A stretch of DNA of 64,000 nucleotides from Lama guanicoe (Eukaryota). Positions 39,451 through 54,468 of this stretch are shown here, piece after piece. The position numbers and the translations under genes were made by a program. Where the stretch lies: positions 1,747,518 through 1,811,517 of the forward strand of contig MU053810.1 in the NCBI GenBank assembly GCA_013239625.1. Reading direction: 5' to 3'. Numbering within the stretch: the first letter of the stretch is position 1; every line of letters begins with the position of its first letter. Below the pieces are notes generated by a model. The model was not told the DNA's origin, did not search any database, and was given only the letters and a program-made list of their open reading frames with translations.

Positions 39451-40551
39451 GAATCACTTAAGTTTCATTTAAATAACAGGTACTCTGTCAATATTTTCTG
39501 GGGAAAAAGATGATAAATATCCTAGGACATTTCAAACTTCCACTAAAATTTCACATGTAGACATTTTCCAAAAATGGCATTCTCACTTAAAGTCTTAATA
39601 ATGGAGAAATTATCAGGCACCACATTTAGTTAGAAAGCTGATATAAAGCTGGTATTAAGTTTTGTTAATGTGCTTGATTCTCACGGAAAGAAACTCTCCC
39701 GAGGTCATGAACGCGTTGCTCCAAGAGCTGACGAGTGACAAGCTGTAAGGCTTCTGTGACTAACCAGACATCAGGCTGCTGCTGTAACCCCTCATGTGTT
39801 TAAGCCTTTTAATATTCTGTGCAGTTTACTTCCTGACATTGTGAAAAAATCTGACAGTGATGCTATTAGTGGCAAACTGCAAAGTGCCAAGGACCTAGTT
39901 CACACCAGTTCACAGCAATCCTTGTATGAATATATAGTGAGACTGTAGAATAGTGGAAGTATTTGGGGGTGGGCATTACTCTTAGAGACAGATTAGTTCT
40001 GTATCCTCATAACACAAAGGAAGAGACTGAGGTTCAGAGTGGTGGAATGACTTCTCCAAGGTCAAAGAGCCATAGTTCTAGGAAGAACTCTTGTCTTTTC
40101 CAGACTCAAGTGAAGCAGACTCATTCTGCAGTCTCCTAGCTTCTCTCCTCTTTGCCTTTTTCCTTGCTGTTGAATCAGTTGCCAGGAGTTCTGCCTACCT
40201 CTGTGACACCCTGCTGTCCTCGTGCAGCTCTCAGTGGCTGGTCAGCAGATGAGTTTTAAAGATAATAATCATAACTTTAAAGCTGATTCATGTTTACAAA
40301 ATCAAAACTCAGATCCATGATGAGTGCACTGTTACTGACATGCCAGACCTTTGAGCTGGAAGGTTTGAATTAACTAATTAAATTAGCTGTTGGTGCATAA
40401 AGAGATTGTGTTTGCCAATATCATGCAAGTTGCTTTTCATGTTCTATGTCTTACTGCTTTCTGATTTTTAAATGAATTTGATGTGCAGAGGGGAGAGGTT
40501 AGAGGCTTGAGGAGAGAGGTGATTGACAAGCTGTCTGATAGGTTGACCTTC

Positions 40552-40690
40552 CATTCACTTATCTATTCAGGTTTGTTGAGCTCCTATTATGTGCCAGGTA
40601 CCCAAGATACAGAGATAAATAAAATGGATAAGAGATGATCCTTACTCTCACGCAGTTTCCATTCTAGCGAGTAGAGACAGATGATGAACA
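40552..40690 (-). mobile_element. L2 3' end
   Basis: 'cattcacttatctattc...ttgagctcctattatgtgccaggtac...ctcacgcagtttccattctag'. Confidence 0.75.
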
Positions 40691-43600
40691 TATTTTAAGT
40701 GAGATATGGATTTCAAGCTGAGTGTTTAGTTTCACAAAAGAGGCCATCCTCATAAAATGCTTAAAGAAAGTGTTAACCTCTTTTGAGCAATAAGATATTA
40801 TTAGTCAAGAAACTAAAGATATAAGAAGTTTGTGATGATTTTTGTACCTGAACTTGAAATTTGGTAATAATCATTTTATCATTTAAGACTTTGTATATAG
40901 CTCTGGACATGTATTTGTAATACAGACCAGTGTGAATACGTAAGTAAATAGGACTGCTCTCCACAACAGTTAATTTTCCTGAAGGGCATAGCAGTCTTGC
41001 CGTTCTTAAATGGTGCAGACTGATTTCAATTAGAAGTTCTATGATGGTTTTCACAATGAAAACCTGGTCATGTGTCTAAATGCCAGTCATGGTTCATACC
41101 ATGCTTTAAAATTCTTATTATCTCCAGGGGACCAAAATATCTGCCTTTGGTGGAAGTGCCCCGTGTTTTTTAATTAGCAAATTGATAGAATGTCTAGACA
41201 AAAAGAAACCTCGGCATACGTGCAACCCAGGGATTCTCTCGCTTTTCCAAAACGAGGTGTATGAGTTCCCCAAGTATCTCCCGTACATACATCTCCTTGG
41301 GATTTTATGTTTTATCAAAAAAACTTGTGTGCATTTTGTGTTATACTCCAGAATATAGACACTTTTGTTTAATGTAAAAAATATGACTCCTCTACCCACC
41401 CTTCAACCAAAGATAACGTTCCAAAAGATGATTCTTATTTCGTCTGTAACTCGGAGCATCCCTGGCACCCCAGTTGCATAGCCCTGATACTATAAGATCC
41501 AGAGAAACCCAAACCAGTGGAGCCTCTGTTCCTAGAACAAAAGGAGGAAGTGTCCTTCTATATCTTTGTTGGAGGCAAGTCCAGTGTCGACATAGAAACC
41601 CAGGATGGTGAAACAGTTCGCCTGGGTCATGTGAAAGCTGTTTCAGAGTCAAGACTTGAACTCAGGACTCCTCATCCTGGCCCGAAGGCTGTTCTGCTAC
41701 AGCAGAGCAGAACAACAGACTTCTGATCACTTTGTCACTCAAGGGAAGATGTCCCCAACCCCAAGAAATATTTACGAATCACACAGACCCATGGAGAATC
41801 TGATTAAAGTAAGACTGGCAGCTGTGGCCCTCAACTTTTCCTGGCAAACAGGAGTGCTGCAGGAAAGAAGCCAGAGAAAAGGAGCCAGGCGAGGATTCGA
41901 ATGCCACTGCTGGGGAGGAAAATTGTTTGCTGAAAATCTGGCATCTTGCTTTGCAGCTGTGAGATGAATAGCACATGGGAGTCAGGAAGACACGATCCGA
42001 TCCGTTGACTAACGTATGTGGTACACAAAGAAGTCATTTCACAGACCCACGAATCTTTTCGTAGCTTGAAGTCACTTTTTTTTTTTTATATATGAGTTTG
42101 GCCCTTAAGATATTCCTTAGTCTTATTTCAGTCTTAAAGAAAACACAAGGAAAAAATGATTCATTGAAACAAAATATTTATTTTTATTTCTTAGAGGAAG
42201 CAAAAGGTGGCATTCACTTTTGATGAATTGCTACAAGGAGGGAAAGATGAAGCAAATCCTAGCTGAAATGGTTTGTCACCCCCATAAATGGAACTTTTGT
42301 GTTAGATGACAGCTTTCCAGAAATATAGCAATATATAGGGGGAAAAGGTGAAATGGTTTGCTTTCAAGAAAAAAAAAGATAGTGTTTGTGTATCTGTGGC
42401 TTTCTTCCTTCACTTTCTGTTCTAAGATGCTGAAGTTTTATTCATGTATATCACTGAATATTTTTGAGTCATTAGTTCAAGTTCATGGTGATTCCCTTAT
42501 ATATTCAATTACCAAAATAAGATTAAAAAAAAAAATCTTTTACAGATTTCATCTTTAATTTACTCTTCTGGGTAGCATATTTTAATCAAAATTCCAAAAA
42601 CTAAAATAGTGTTTCTAATTTAATGAAATATTTTCTTCCCTTCATCAGGAAAACATTAAAAATATTGAGTAAAATGTTTGCTATTTCACTGAGTTCTCTA
42701 ATTCTTTCTTAATTATAATCCAACATTATTTTTAATAGTACATAAAGCCATGAAATAAATCTTAATACATATTTATATCATACATGTATTTTTTATATCT
42801 GTATATAAAATCTCCACTACATATTTATACATATATTTTATATATGTATATAAAATCTCCATAGGGAAACCCTTAAAAGATGAAAGAATCAAATGAATAA
42901 ATAAATAAAAACCCACAGAGTTACAGTCCCCTTGGTCATCTGTAAGCCTGAATTATGTCATTTTATGTAGATGATATATGTTTTAGGTGTTCCAATCTTA
43001 TTTTTCTGTCATCTCTTTAAAAGAAGATTACTCTACTTATAGTACGAACTGCTGAGTAATTTCTTCCTTATAACTTTGGCAACTTTGGCAATAACTTGAG
43101 TAAAATAAATACTCAAGTCTGTCTACTTGTGGAGACAGAGACTAGAAACTTTAATTTTGGTAATAATTTTTGCTTTGCAATAATAATGTATGTATTCACT
43201 TATAGATTATTTTTCTCACCAATTCCACATAGTATGACTTTTTTCTGACAGAAATACAAAACAACTAAATTAAGTAACTTGATTGTTATGATATGCTTGG
43301 TTTGTAAATAATACTACAAAGTTTTTGATTATAAGAAAATTAAAATTTTAAAATTTGAGTTTAGAAGATTAAAAATTCAGACTCTAGAGAACAGAAATGC
43401 AAAGAAGTGTGGTTTAAATGATAGAAGTAATCATGCTCGTTATTGGCAGTGATTAGCCAAAGGTACTTTTAATTTACAAATCAATGAAGACTATTTTGCT
43501 CTATTTTCTTGAGGCGATGCCTCTGCTAAAACTTTCTGAACATGAAGAAAATAACTTTCAATTCAAAATTCAAACAACTTTTCGTATATCATATAGTAAA

Positions 43601-44399
43601 GGAATATAGAGTCAGGATTATTAGTTCTATTTGTATTTTTCATTCATTAAAATATTTACTTATATTCATTCATCTGTTCAAAAAAATTTTTCTCTGAAAT
43701 TGACTCTGTGCGAAGCGTTGTCCTTGGCAAATACTTTAAAGCAGAAAAGACATTTATTTTGTTGAAAGGAGACAACTTTTTATTCTATAAAAGGAAAATA
43801 AATTTGTGATACTTATTCTAAATCTGAATGCAATGTAAAGTTCTAGGATTGTAGTAAGGAACAATTGTCTCTTAATTGTATATCAGATATTTTTTGTCTC
43901 AATCCGAATTTATGTCACATCTTTTTTTCCTTAGTTTTCAAGTTTTCCTTGCTGTTGACCTTGAAAAATCTATGATTCAGTAACTTATAATTGGACTTGA
44001 GTCTTGAATATGTACATGTTTAATATGGAGAAAATTTGATGTAGCATGAGGCTAGGTAGAGAACATAGGTAAAGTTCTTTGGTGAAAAATAATCTCAAAA
44101 TTTGTACTTTACAGTCTATGGCTGTCAGTTTATCATCCGAAGAGCAGGAAGGCATCTCATCAAAAGTGCTAGAGTCCATTCTGCACCCCATGCTTGTGGG
44201 GGAGCACGGTCACCCTAAACTGTGTTTAGAGGAGAAGGGTTAAGAATATTAAAGACTTCTAGCTCATGCCCGGAATGTGAACGGAAGGGGCAGTTCTGGC
44301 AGAGACAATTACAGAAGGAGGAGTGTGGTAGCTCCTCACCGCACTGGTGGGCTGTCCCATGAGCGAGGTTTCTGACTTGTAATGGACGGATCTGAGGGA

Positions 44400-44640
44400 T
44401 GGTCATGAGGATCTCTGAGAGAAGCCACGAAGGTAGAGATATGGGCTAAATAAAAAGACCTTGTAATAATCAGAGGTAGTCAGAGATGGTATTGAGAGAT
44501 TCCAGAGTGATGAGCTCTTCATCACCAAGGTACTTGAACATTCAAGAAGGTCCCTCATTTAGAGTGTACTTAAGCATTATATAAATGTATGAGCTAGAAT
44601 GAATTTAAGGTTCACTCTGTTCCTGTAAGTCTAGGATATT
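44400..44640 (+). mobile_element. L3/CR1 3' remnant
   Basis: Colinear with the L3 3' region: 'aaggtagagatatgggctaaata...taataatcagag...gtgatgagctcttcatcaccaaggtacttgaaca...taaggttcactct'. Confidence 0.5.
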
Positions 44641-46064
44641 GTGGTGTCTCCTCCACCCAGAATGTAATATATGTTTCAGAAAAATACAAAAAAAAAAAAA
44701 AAAGTAAATTAGAGGGAAGGATTGTGCATGCTCACAGTTTTTGAAGACATCTTAGTTTTTGGGTAACCCAAAGTGAACAAGAAAAACTTGCAAGACCACA
44801 AGGAAAGTTATAGTTCCCCTATGCAGAGAATATAATTATTTATGAGGTAATAATCTGAGGGGGGCAACTCACCAACTCCTCACCTTTTAAGGAAGTTGGT
44901 AGTATTGGGTAATGCCTTAGATTTCATGTCTGTGTTGCTGCCGGACAAGCAAGGCTCCAGTTTGTCTTGGTTAAAAAATCTGCATAAAAACAAAGGAATT
45001 TATCAGGAAAGTAACAACTGATCTAAAATGCCTTAAACAAATCTTTCCCAGTAAGGGCCTACTTGAAACAGAAGAAAGTAACGTAAAACCAGAGACACAA
45101 AGTGCTGTATTTTCTCCCAGGGTTCTCTGTGCAAATGAATTTCTTAAGTTTTACTAAGAGGTGAAGTTGACAATTAAATATGTATGTTTCTTTAAATAAA
45201 TAGGAGAGGCAAGGCATACTTGGCACTTTCCACTTAGAATAAACTCTTTTGTGTTTTTCTGTCTCTATCTTTATCTTTCTTTCTCCTAAGATTTAATCTA
45301 TCCTGAGGGCTTCTGGTATATAATATGCAAGCTCCAGCCACTTAAAATCACTTCTGCTACTATTTCTTTCCCTCACACTGCCAAGAAGCCTTAGGGAATT
45401 TTTTTAATATTCTCATCAAAAACTGTTTCTGAAATTTAAGTTGGCGTTTTCCCCTTTCCTAATTTATTTAAATCTGTGCTCATTAATATCTTCATGTTAT
45501 AATCAGTGCTGATGGACAAAGTGCTTTTCTCTCCTCACCCTTCTCTTAAGTAGAGAAAACACAGATTTCCTTCAAGTTGAAAGTCCCGTGTGCCATAAAT
45601 GATGCAGTTGAGTCACGTTCCAGACAGGTGCAAATTTGTTTCCCTGACATAGAACAGAGTATAGCTCCCCAGTCTTGTTCAGGAGGAGCAAAGAGGGGAG
45701 TTGCAACTACTTAGCCAGCTTTCCTCCATGAATCTCCAATTAAGGAAATAAATCATTGTCTCTTATTAACCTCCAAGCAATACAGAGGCGGTTAAATATC
45801 TGCCTTGCCCTCCTGCCTTTATGAGCCTAATATATATATATATATTATATATAATACTTAAATATAATATATAGTCATTCATCTCAACACATAGTAGAAG
45901 AATTGCCTGTTTTGTTTCTATTTCAATGGAAAGTAGGTCTAATACTAAAGTGTTCAGTGATATTTTCATTCAAATCAATTTGGTGAAAGACTTTATAGTA
46001 ATAAATGATGTGATTTAACAGTAAATGGAAAAAAATAGTTTAAATATCAAAAGATAGTACTAAT

Positions 46065-47790
46065 GGAAGTTTCTGGGAAGTTCCTAGTGATGTGATCAGT
46101 ATAAATTTTTTATCTTCCAAAACAGCCAGATAAAAACAGACAGAACAACTGGAAATCAAAATCAAAAACCTGTGGATATTTACAGCAAAACTAGGTGATA
46201 ACTGATGTCCAAAATATAAATATGAATCCTCAAATATAGTAGATTATACCCAACCAGCAATAACCACAAGACCTGAGTGTTGTCAGTATGTGTGTGAGAG
46301 AAAGCAAAAGATGGCAATAAAAGGTATCCAGTAGGCCTGAAAGCAGATAAAAAAAAAATCACAAAATAGCCAATAGGCATTGACTGGAAAAAACAGCAGG
46401 CTACCATGAGCACAGCAGCCAGAAGTGGGCAGGGCATGTGCCAACCCTGGTCGCAAGTGAGTGCACGGGACCGCGTAAGAATTTCTGAAGGGACTAGAAT
46501 GGTTTGGCTCAAGAAATTCTCAAATCTGACCCTCCAGGACCATCTTCCATGACCCTGCCCACACTAGAAGAAAATCTTGGGAGTAGATTCAGAATTGAGA
46601 AGGGTAGAGACAGCAGAGATCTTTTTTTCAAAAAGGGAAGGAGAGAAGGTTCATATTAAAGTTAGGCAGGGAAACAGAGTCAGGAAATGTCAGAAAGCAA
46701 GCCAGCATATGTTTTTAATACAATTGAAGAACAACAAAGAGGGAGCTCTGAAACCTTTGATGTTCAACTACCCTTCTTTCTGAAAGTACAGAGAAACTAA
46801 ATGTGAATAAAAATTAGCAGAAGAAAAATTTGTAGGTGAAATCCCTGCAAAGATACTATAATTTAAAGAGAATAAAGAGCAGAATGATGTCCCTGCAGAC
46901 AGTGAAAGCATATCAGAAAGACACGCTTTAAAAAATCAAATGAAAACTCTAATGTACTATTTCAAAACTTGCTAAAAAGTGTTAAAAAAAAAGATGCATA
47001 ACATTAAAGAATGTACATAAAGAACAACCCAAACTGTCACTAGATAAACTAAAACATGTGGTGCATAGCCTTAAGAATTAGCAATAAAGAAAAAAATCAT
47101 TTTGGAAATGAGAGAAAAAAACGAGAATAACAGAAGAACAAATAAACCCAGTTCTTAGAGACCTAGGAGAAATCAAAGATTAAAAGGAAGACAAATTTTA
47201 AAGTTGAAAAGAACTAAAGGAGATGAAAAAAGATCTGAGAGATGACAAATTTTGAAGATTTATAAAGAATATCTAACATATGGATAATAGGAACCCCTAA
47301 AGAAGAAAACAAAAGTGATAAGTAAATAAAAAATTTTATAAACTACGATTTTTACAAAATTCTTGCACCTTGAAAAAAATCTTAATATTGAAAGAATGCA
47401 GTGTGTACTTCAAATTATTGACAAAAATAACCAACATTGAGATTTATTCTAGTATGGTCACAGAGTGAGTTTTTTTAAAGAAAGGAAATCCATTGTGCAC
47501 TTGGATGAATGGAACACCTGAGTTATAAGGGAAAGTGGAATCAGATAATCATCAAAGTGTTTGACAGTAATTTTTTAAGCCAGAGGAAAATGGTGTAACA
47601 ATATTAAAGGAAAGAATATGTAAGCCAAGATTTTATATCCAACTAAACTAACCTTCAGGGATAAAGGGCACAGTGAACTATTATTAATATACAAGAACTC
47701 TGGCAATATTGTTTTCATGAGCTCTTCCTGAGAAACCTATTAGGGAAGAACTTCAGATAAACAAAATGACAAAAGAGACATCAAACTAGA
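46065..47790 (+). mobile_element. HAL1 / old L1 5' region with ORF1 remnant
   Basis: A-rich. 'atctaacatatggataataggaacccc' is the ORF1 NI.IIG.P motif and 'ccaagattttatatccaactaaactaaccttc' is the ILYP.KL.F motif; no ORF2 follows. Confidence 0.75.
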
Positions 47791-48324
47791 ACTGGTAAAC
47801 TCAGTTCAGCCTTCTGGTGCCACTCAGATATTTCTATACACTTTCCTCATATGACTCTCCTTTGTGCATCTGAAGGTGGCAGTTGCTGTGACACACATCT
47901 CACATTTGAACTTGCTTCACCTGGTGACAAACATTTTGGAAATGTTTAGAAAGTGTTTACGTTATTTTTCCTACATGTTAACTCCATTTATATTTTTAAA
48001 TCCAGTTGCTAATATACAACTAATATAATGTTATTTGTCAATTATATGCCAATTTAAAAAATAAATATAATTGCTAATGTATACATGCATGATATTATTT
48101 ATATAATAATCTAATATTACATATTATGTATATTATATGACAGTGTGTATAATTTATATATGTACATTCTATTCTCCCATTTGTTGAGTGTCAAAATAAT
48201 ACAGATAATTATACTAGATATCATTTATTGTTGCTTTTGATCTGGCATATATTGTATTGAGTGTTTTATATTTGTAAATGTCTGAGCCTTATATAAACCA
48301 TTAAAAAGAGGTGAATTTAAATAG

Positions 48325-48700
48325 TACAGATGACTAACTATCCACCATAATTCATGCTCCCAAATCCATGGTAGAGAGTTATGGCTGGTGAGTAATTGTG
48401 CAAGTTAAGATTACCTTTCCCATGCTCTGTCGCATCTGAGTGTAGCCATATGATTACGAATCACCACCAGTAAGCAATGTGTGCCGCTTTTTAAGTCAAG
48501 GCTTTTAAGAATTGAATGTGCCTTTGACATCCCTTCCCTCCTCATCCACCAACTGGATACGCAGTTCCTAGGGGCTGGAGAAGCCAAGATGGAAAAAGCC
48601 CGATCCATGTATGGAAGGAAGTTGCTGCTTATAGGAACACTTGTCTTGGACTATAATGTGAGCAAGAAATAAACATCAATTTATTAAGCCATTGAGAAAA
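48325..48700 (+). mobile_element. MLT1-type MaLR solo LTR
   Basis: 'acctttcccatgctc...gtgtagccatatgatt...agccaagatggaaaaagcc...ttggactataatgtgagcaagaaataaac...ttaagccattgaga'. Confidence 0.8.
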
Positions 48701-50864
48701 TTACAGGAAAGATTATGAATAGAAAAAACAGTTCCCATCTAGTGGATGCAAAGCCACATAAGAAATTTATTAGAATAATGAAAAATCAGGGAGAATCATT
48801 GGGCTAGATATGTTTTGGCAAACAACATAATTGCAGTAGAATTTGTTTAGAAATTGAGGTACATAAAAAAGGAACCAGATGGACTGAAAACCACTGAGGA
48901 TATTGGGCAAAGTCAAATCAAAGGAAAACTGAGGTGGTAAATATATTGATAGTGACAAATCTAAATGTAAAACAAATGAAATTATAGGGCAAATGACTAT
49001 AAGAACAGAAAGTTATACAAGAAAGATACTGTCTAGAAAAAATTACAAGAGTACAGAGAAGGAAAAGCAATATAAAATATATTTTAAAAAACTAAACAGT
49101 TATGTTTTTGGATTTAAATTTTTATTTACCAACTGTAAAATCTATTTAGCAGAATATATTTAGTATAATTGGAAAACTTAGTATATATATATATTTTTTT
49201 TAATGAAATGATTTGTGGTATTTCAATGGGACAAATAAGTAACCAGAGATTATGAGAAATAAAATTATTTTCTGTTAACTCTGGTTAATAGGTGAAACTA
49301 ACTCATCAGTTCTTTCAAGGGACTGACTTTAAAACTAAATCCAAAAGGCTTTCCTTAGTGTAAGTATTATTTTATTTTACTTCTTGGTAAACTTTAATAA
49401 CAACATTGTAGTTCCAAGGGACAGCACATCTGTCTTGTTCATTGTTTTTATCCCCAGGACAAGCACAGTGCTTAGTAAATGTTTGCTGAATAAATAGTCT
49501 TATCTAAAATAATCCAAGTGGAGCTTCAATAAACAGAATCAGGAAATGACAGAAAGTTGAAGGTAGAAGGAAATTTCAGGAAAAAGCAAATGCAGTGATT
49601 CACAACTTTTTGCACGACATGTCTTACCTAAAGAAAAGTTAAACTCCATTTTCCTGAATAAACATTTGTATGCTTGGAAATAGAAGCACTCTTTAAATCG
49701 CAACACTGATATAAGACCTGATGCATTCAGATATTTTTAATTCAAATCTCATTGGAATATTTTAATTGAGTCATTCTCCATATGTTTTAAAGGCATAAAA
49801 TTACAGTTGAATTAAAACTGTTTCTCTTTTTAAAAATTATTGGCACATATTTATCAGGTGTAAGGCCAACGGGAGGCTGGAGGCTCACAGTAAGCAGAGA
49901 GCTAGTGTTTGTCCAGTTTTGCAGTTTATACATGAGATCATGGATAACAAGAGATGGGAAGTGATTTGCCTGAGGCCTTCGTGTCTGACAGTAACAGAAC
50001 CAGGAACCAGTTAAAAGCAGCTGAAAGAATGCCGTGCAAAGAGGACAGACTTTACATAAGTTTTGTAACATTTTTGTCAATTCCTCAACCCCTCTGTGTA
50101 ATCCAACCAGGAATTAAAACCAAATTTGCTGGCTCCCAAACTGCCTTCATTGGCATAGTGTTAAAGGCCCTATTTTTTAAAAGATGGTTATTAGTTTTAG
50201 CCAAAAATTGTATAAATACCAAAATGTATTGAAGGTATTCATTTTTTCCCATTCCTACTTTCTTGTATTTTTTGGAGAGGTTTATTTATTTCCCATACCT
50301 ACTCACATTTCTTAAGCAAATATTGCTGGGTTTTCCAAATGTGAAGAGGAAGGAAAAAAGTGATTTAAAGTGATCTAAATTATTCACAAGCCATAGTATC
50401 AACCCCTGGATATAATACCATTGATTGTGCAATAAAGAGTCATTTCTATAGGTTCCAACTGGTCTCTCTCAGACATCTGGCTGTTCTAGTTCCTTTTCTT
50501 TTTTTTTTTTTTCATTTTTAAAATGTTGTGAACATTACAACCAGGGCTGTAACTTGGCTCACATCATATCATTAGAATGGTTATCATTACTTCTTTATCA
50601 CAGGATGAATGAATGTCTTGCGCTTTCAACTAAGCTTTGGTGGAAATTACATGAATTTTTGTAAAGGATAGTAATGAACATCGCTGGAGGCTGGAAGTGA
50701 GGCATGATTAAGCACTGATATTAGTCAGTTATAATATCGTATGAGAACAGTTATAAGTGCATCTGTAATACTTCTACAACTGATCTTGTACAGCAGAGAT
50801 TCCTTAACACTTATTTTCCTGCTCTATAAGTATTATTTTATGCCCCTTCTCAGGATCTGAATTA

Positions 50865-50948
50865 TTTTTTGACTTTTTTATTGACGTATAGTTGATTTAC
50901 AGGATTATATTAATTTCAGTGGTACAGCAGTGTTACTCAGAATTTTTA
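50865..50948 (-). mobile_element. Very short L1 3' tail, antisense
   Basis: 'ttttattgacgtatagttgatttacagg...tttcagtggtacagcagtg' is the same family as 21997-22299. Confidence 0.7.
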
Positions 50949-52129
50949 TGGGTGGGTTCATAACCATTTTTAGGTCAATTTCTGAATTGATTCAGAAAGA
51001 GATAGTATGTATCCAGAATTCTAAAATAAATACACCAAGTTTCTCAAATTAAAAAAATACCATTATGGGTATCTGTTTTTCAATACAGTACCTTAAAGAG
51101 GTAAAAAATTTGCCCTTTGCCTTTTGAATTTTTCCTACAAATTTTAATTTTATTTAAACATATACAAATTTAACACATGGCATGAAATACCAGTCAAATA
51201 TTACAGGTTGATTTTTGCCCTGGTTTGATTGATTCACATTACTCTCAACCCTCCAATGAATTGTGCCCACCCTTGGATTCCATGGCATAAACCGTTCAAT
51301 TGGGCTGTTTCATAATCTTGTGATTAAATGTGGATTAAAGCATGCAATCCCTTTAAGGCAGAAAATAGCTCAACACTTAGCACTCCTAAGGTCACGACTA
51401 ATTAGAATTTAACTTGCCACCTTCTGTGACCTCCCTTAGAAGCACAGTGATGCTCCAGCTACAACTTACTTTGTGAGGACAGCCTCTTGGGGACCACGGC
51501 CAGTACTGCTGTTGTTCAGAGCAGCACTAACTCACATTTGACTTTTATTAGAACATTTATGACCAGAGCAGCATTGTCCCGTCGTTCTTTCAGCCCAGTC
51601 ACTGGGCACCAGTGAGCTGGCCTGTTTTCACACTCATTGCAGATTCCTTTTCCTCAGAGCAAATTGCTTGTCTAATAGCAAATTATTACCCTATTTTAGT
51701 AGAAAACAACCACTTGTGGCAGTGTGGTTCAAAAACTCAAGAGATACTGCCAAACGCAGTATCAGCATGATATTATGAGCTTGTGCTAAAGCAGAAGGGA
51801 AAATCAGTTAAAACTGAAGCTTCTGTTTGTGAAATGCAATCTGGTAGTTGCTCTTAATACCGCAGGGGTGTAACTAGGGGAAACATGCATCCGAGTTTAT
51901 GTCAGTTGTCTATTACAGTCAGTAATAGTTCTTCCATTCACTCTCAACATGTCCTAATTTGGACAATGTCATATGGTCACCCTGTGTATCATCATCTTTA
52001 CCAGCTTATTATATAAGTAAAATTATAGAACATAAAAACTTTGAAGGTCAAATAGCCACACAGGAATTTAGTAATAAAACAAGGAACATCAAAGGTATGA
52101 CCAGTGCAGAACAGTGCAGTCAAGTACTG

Positions 52130-54260
52130 CCAAATTCTTAGGAAAGAGAGGAGATTAATCAGCGGGAATTTCATTAAAGAAATAGTATTTGAGCTGAGTC
52201 TTGAAAGATGACCATGCTGTGCGTAAGCAAAGAGGAAGAAGTAGTGACATTTCACATGGAAGAGGGGTATGTTATGATTTTACAAAAGCGTTAAATCAAG
52301 AAAGGGCAAGATGGATTGATTTGTTCAACTATAGATTGATATCTATGGACAAGTACTGGGAATAGTTTTAATATAGATGGAGGTTACATGTGACAAGCTT
52401 TGACAAAATCTGGGCTTCATTCTACAGGCAGTGAGAATCAGTGATGTAATAAATAAGTAGAAATTGAAAATGCCATTGGAGAAGAGGGCTGGAGACAGCA
52501 GAAAAAGAGAGAAGGGACCTACAGAGGAGTATAAGAAAGCTGTATCGGCAGTCCGTGTGTGAGTTGAGAGCTGGGAATTGAATTAGGGTATTAATAGAAG
52601 GAACAGAATGGGGTTCACTCAAAAGTCACATGAAGGAAGACAGAATTTAGCAGTTTTCATCTGCTTAAAGTTTTATCTCTGAAAGTATTTTCAATTAATT
52701 ATCTTTGATTCTCACTGTTCCCAAATGAGGTCCATACATGTAGGCATTATTATATTCCTATTTTACAGAGAAGGTAGCTGAAAGTCCAAGAAATTAGCCG
52801 ATTTCCAAAACTCCTGGAGCTAATTAGTGGTAAAGGTGGAGACAGTGGCCTGATTCTCTGCACTGAATGTATGGGTTGAGGAAGAAGGAATCAAAGATAC
52901 TTTCAAAGCTCAAAATCTGAGATACTAGAAAATTAAATTTTCTAGCCACCGAATTAGAAACCTTAGAAGACAAAATTAGTTTAGGAAAGAAAATGAGGGG
53001 TGGATTGGAGGCATGTTTGGTTCTAACTGATGGTCAACTCACAGTTGGGCCTCTTCAAAAAAGCAACTGAAGAAAAGGAACAGATTAACACAAAGCAGTC
53101 GGCTGAGAAAATATGGAAGTTACAAGGGTGGGAATTGAACCCCAAGAGAACAAAGATTGCTGTGGGAATGAGAGAGCAAGGAACTGGTGGATCTCCTGGG
53201 ACATGTTAACATTTAGTGTTTATAAACCAGAAAAGGAGACAAGTGTAAGAAGAAAAAACAAAACAAAAGCAAACATAAGAAAAATAAACAAATGCAGGAT
53301 CTAAGAGGATGTACCATCACAGAGAGCCAGCAGAAGGGAGAGGGTCAAGAATGAAGTGGAGGCAGCCGTGTGAGACACCAAAGACTTAAAAGAAGAAAAG
53401 ATAGAAACTTGATGAAAAGATTATTTGTAACCTGAGAGAATGCAGCATCAAGAGAAGAAGCAGAATCAGATTTAAGGGAGTGAAATGGTTTGTAATGTGA
53501 AGGCTGTGGATTCAGCCAGACATTGAAGAGAGATTTAGTGCTGAGGATACAAAGAAACATCGAGTAAAGGTAGTTTGAGGGTTTTTGTGGTTGTTTTTCT
53601 GATGTTGAGTGTAGGCATAAGGTAAAGAAGCAATGAAAGGAGTGTTTTTTAGTAACTTCATGGCAGAGACAGGATTGAGGAGGAAATGCAATTAACTGTG
53701 TAACAGAGGAAGACCTTCTTTTTATTTCAGATAACGAGCAAGGATGAGTAGTCATAAAGGTGTTAGTGAAGAGAGTGGGAAAGGATTGGCATCTTCTTAA
53801 TGGATTAATCTTCTCAGTAAAAATGGGTGATGAAATACAAGACTGAGAAAGACAGCCCAGGGTTGGGATTGGAGGCAGTTTGGGCGCATCATACAGATTT
53901 AACAAGAGGGAATTGATCAGGTTTTGCAATTAAAAGAGTGTGATTCATTGGGGCTGGATTAACTCGAATATGTGACTTTTTTCTGTAGTAGTTATGACTG
54001 CTTGGGGTCTGGAATAGGGAAATGTAGAAGGTGAGGATTTAAGACAAGGGTGGGAGAACTTAATCTAAAGGAATTAAAGGCCGTACCTGCCATGAGATGG
54101 CCAGGCCTCAGAGGTGGCTGTTTTAATTGAGCTGAGGAAGAAGGAGCAATATAGAAGGGATGGAAGTGAATATTTTCAAAATGATCCAGGAGGATCCCCA
54201 AGGAAGAGAATGTTAAAGTTATTAAAGTTGCTGCAGTGGGTAAAGTAAAGAAGGGGAAAA
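52130..54260 (-). mobile_element. Long degenerate L2 remnant interrupted by a MIR (about 52700-52860)
   Basis: Purine-rich antisense L2 texture ('atttgagctgagtcttgaaagatga', 'tttgtaacctgagagaatgcagc', 'ttcattggggctggatta'); MIR core 'cctattttacagagaagg...gctaattagtgg'. Confidence 0.65.
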
Positions 54261-54429
54261 AACAAAGCTCTCAAAACCAGTGGCTGAAGTTTTGTAAAGA
54301 CCTAGAGTGAGTCTAGCAAGTACCATCAAGGCTGCACTGATGGAGAACTTCATTCTGTCCTTTGTCTTCATATTCAATCTGTTCATGAAACCATCCCTGG
54401 TAACTCAAATCCAAAGGAAGGCCTCAGCT

Positions 54430-54468
54430 GGCTCCATAGCTCAGGGGTTAGAGCACTGGTCTTGCAAA
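54430..54468 (+). pseudogene. tRNA-Thr(UGU) 5'-half tailless retropseudogene
   Basis: GGCTCCATAGCTCAGGGGTTAGAGCACTGGTCTTG matches the recalled 5' half of mammalian tRNA-Thr-TGT up to the anticodon loop; perfect direct repeat caaaggaaggcc at 54412-54423 and 54465-54476; no T arm and no poly(A). Confidence 0.88.

Noticed and set aside
53345..53929. Longest ORF in the track (194 aa, minus strand)
   Set aside because: Lies in a decayed L2 remnant, has a non-ATG start and shows no intact RT motifs.
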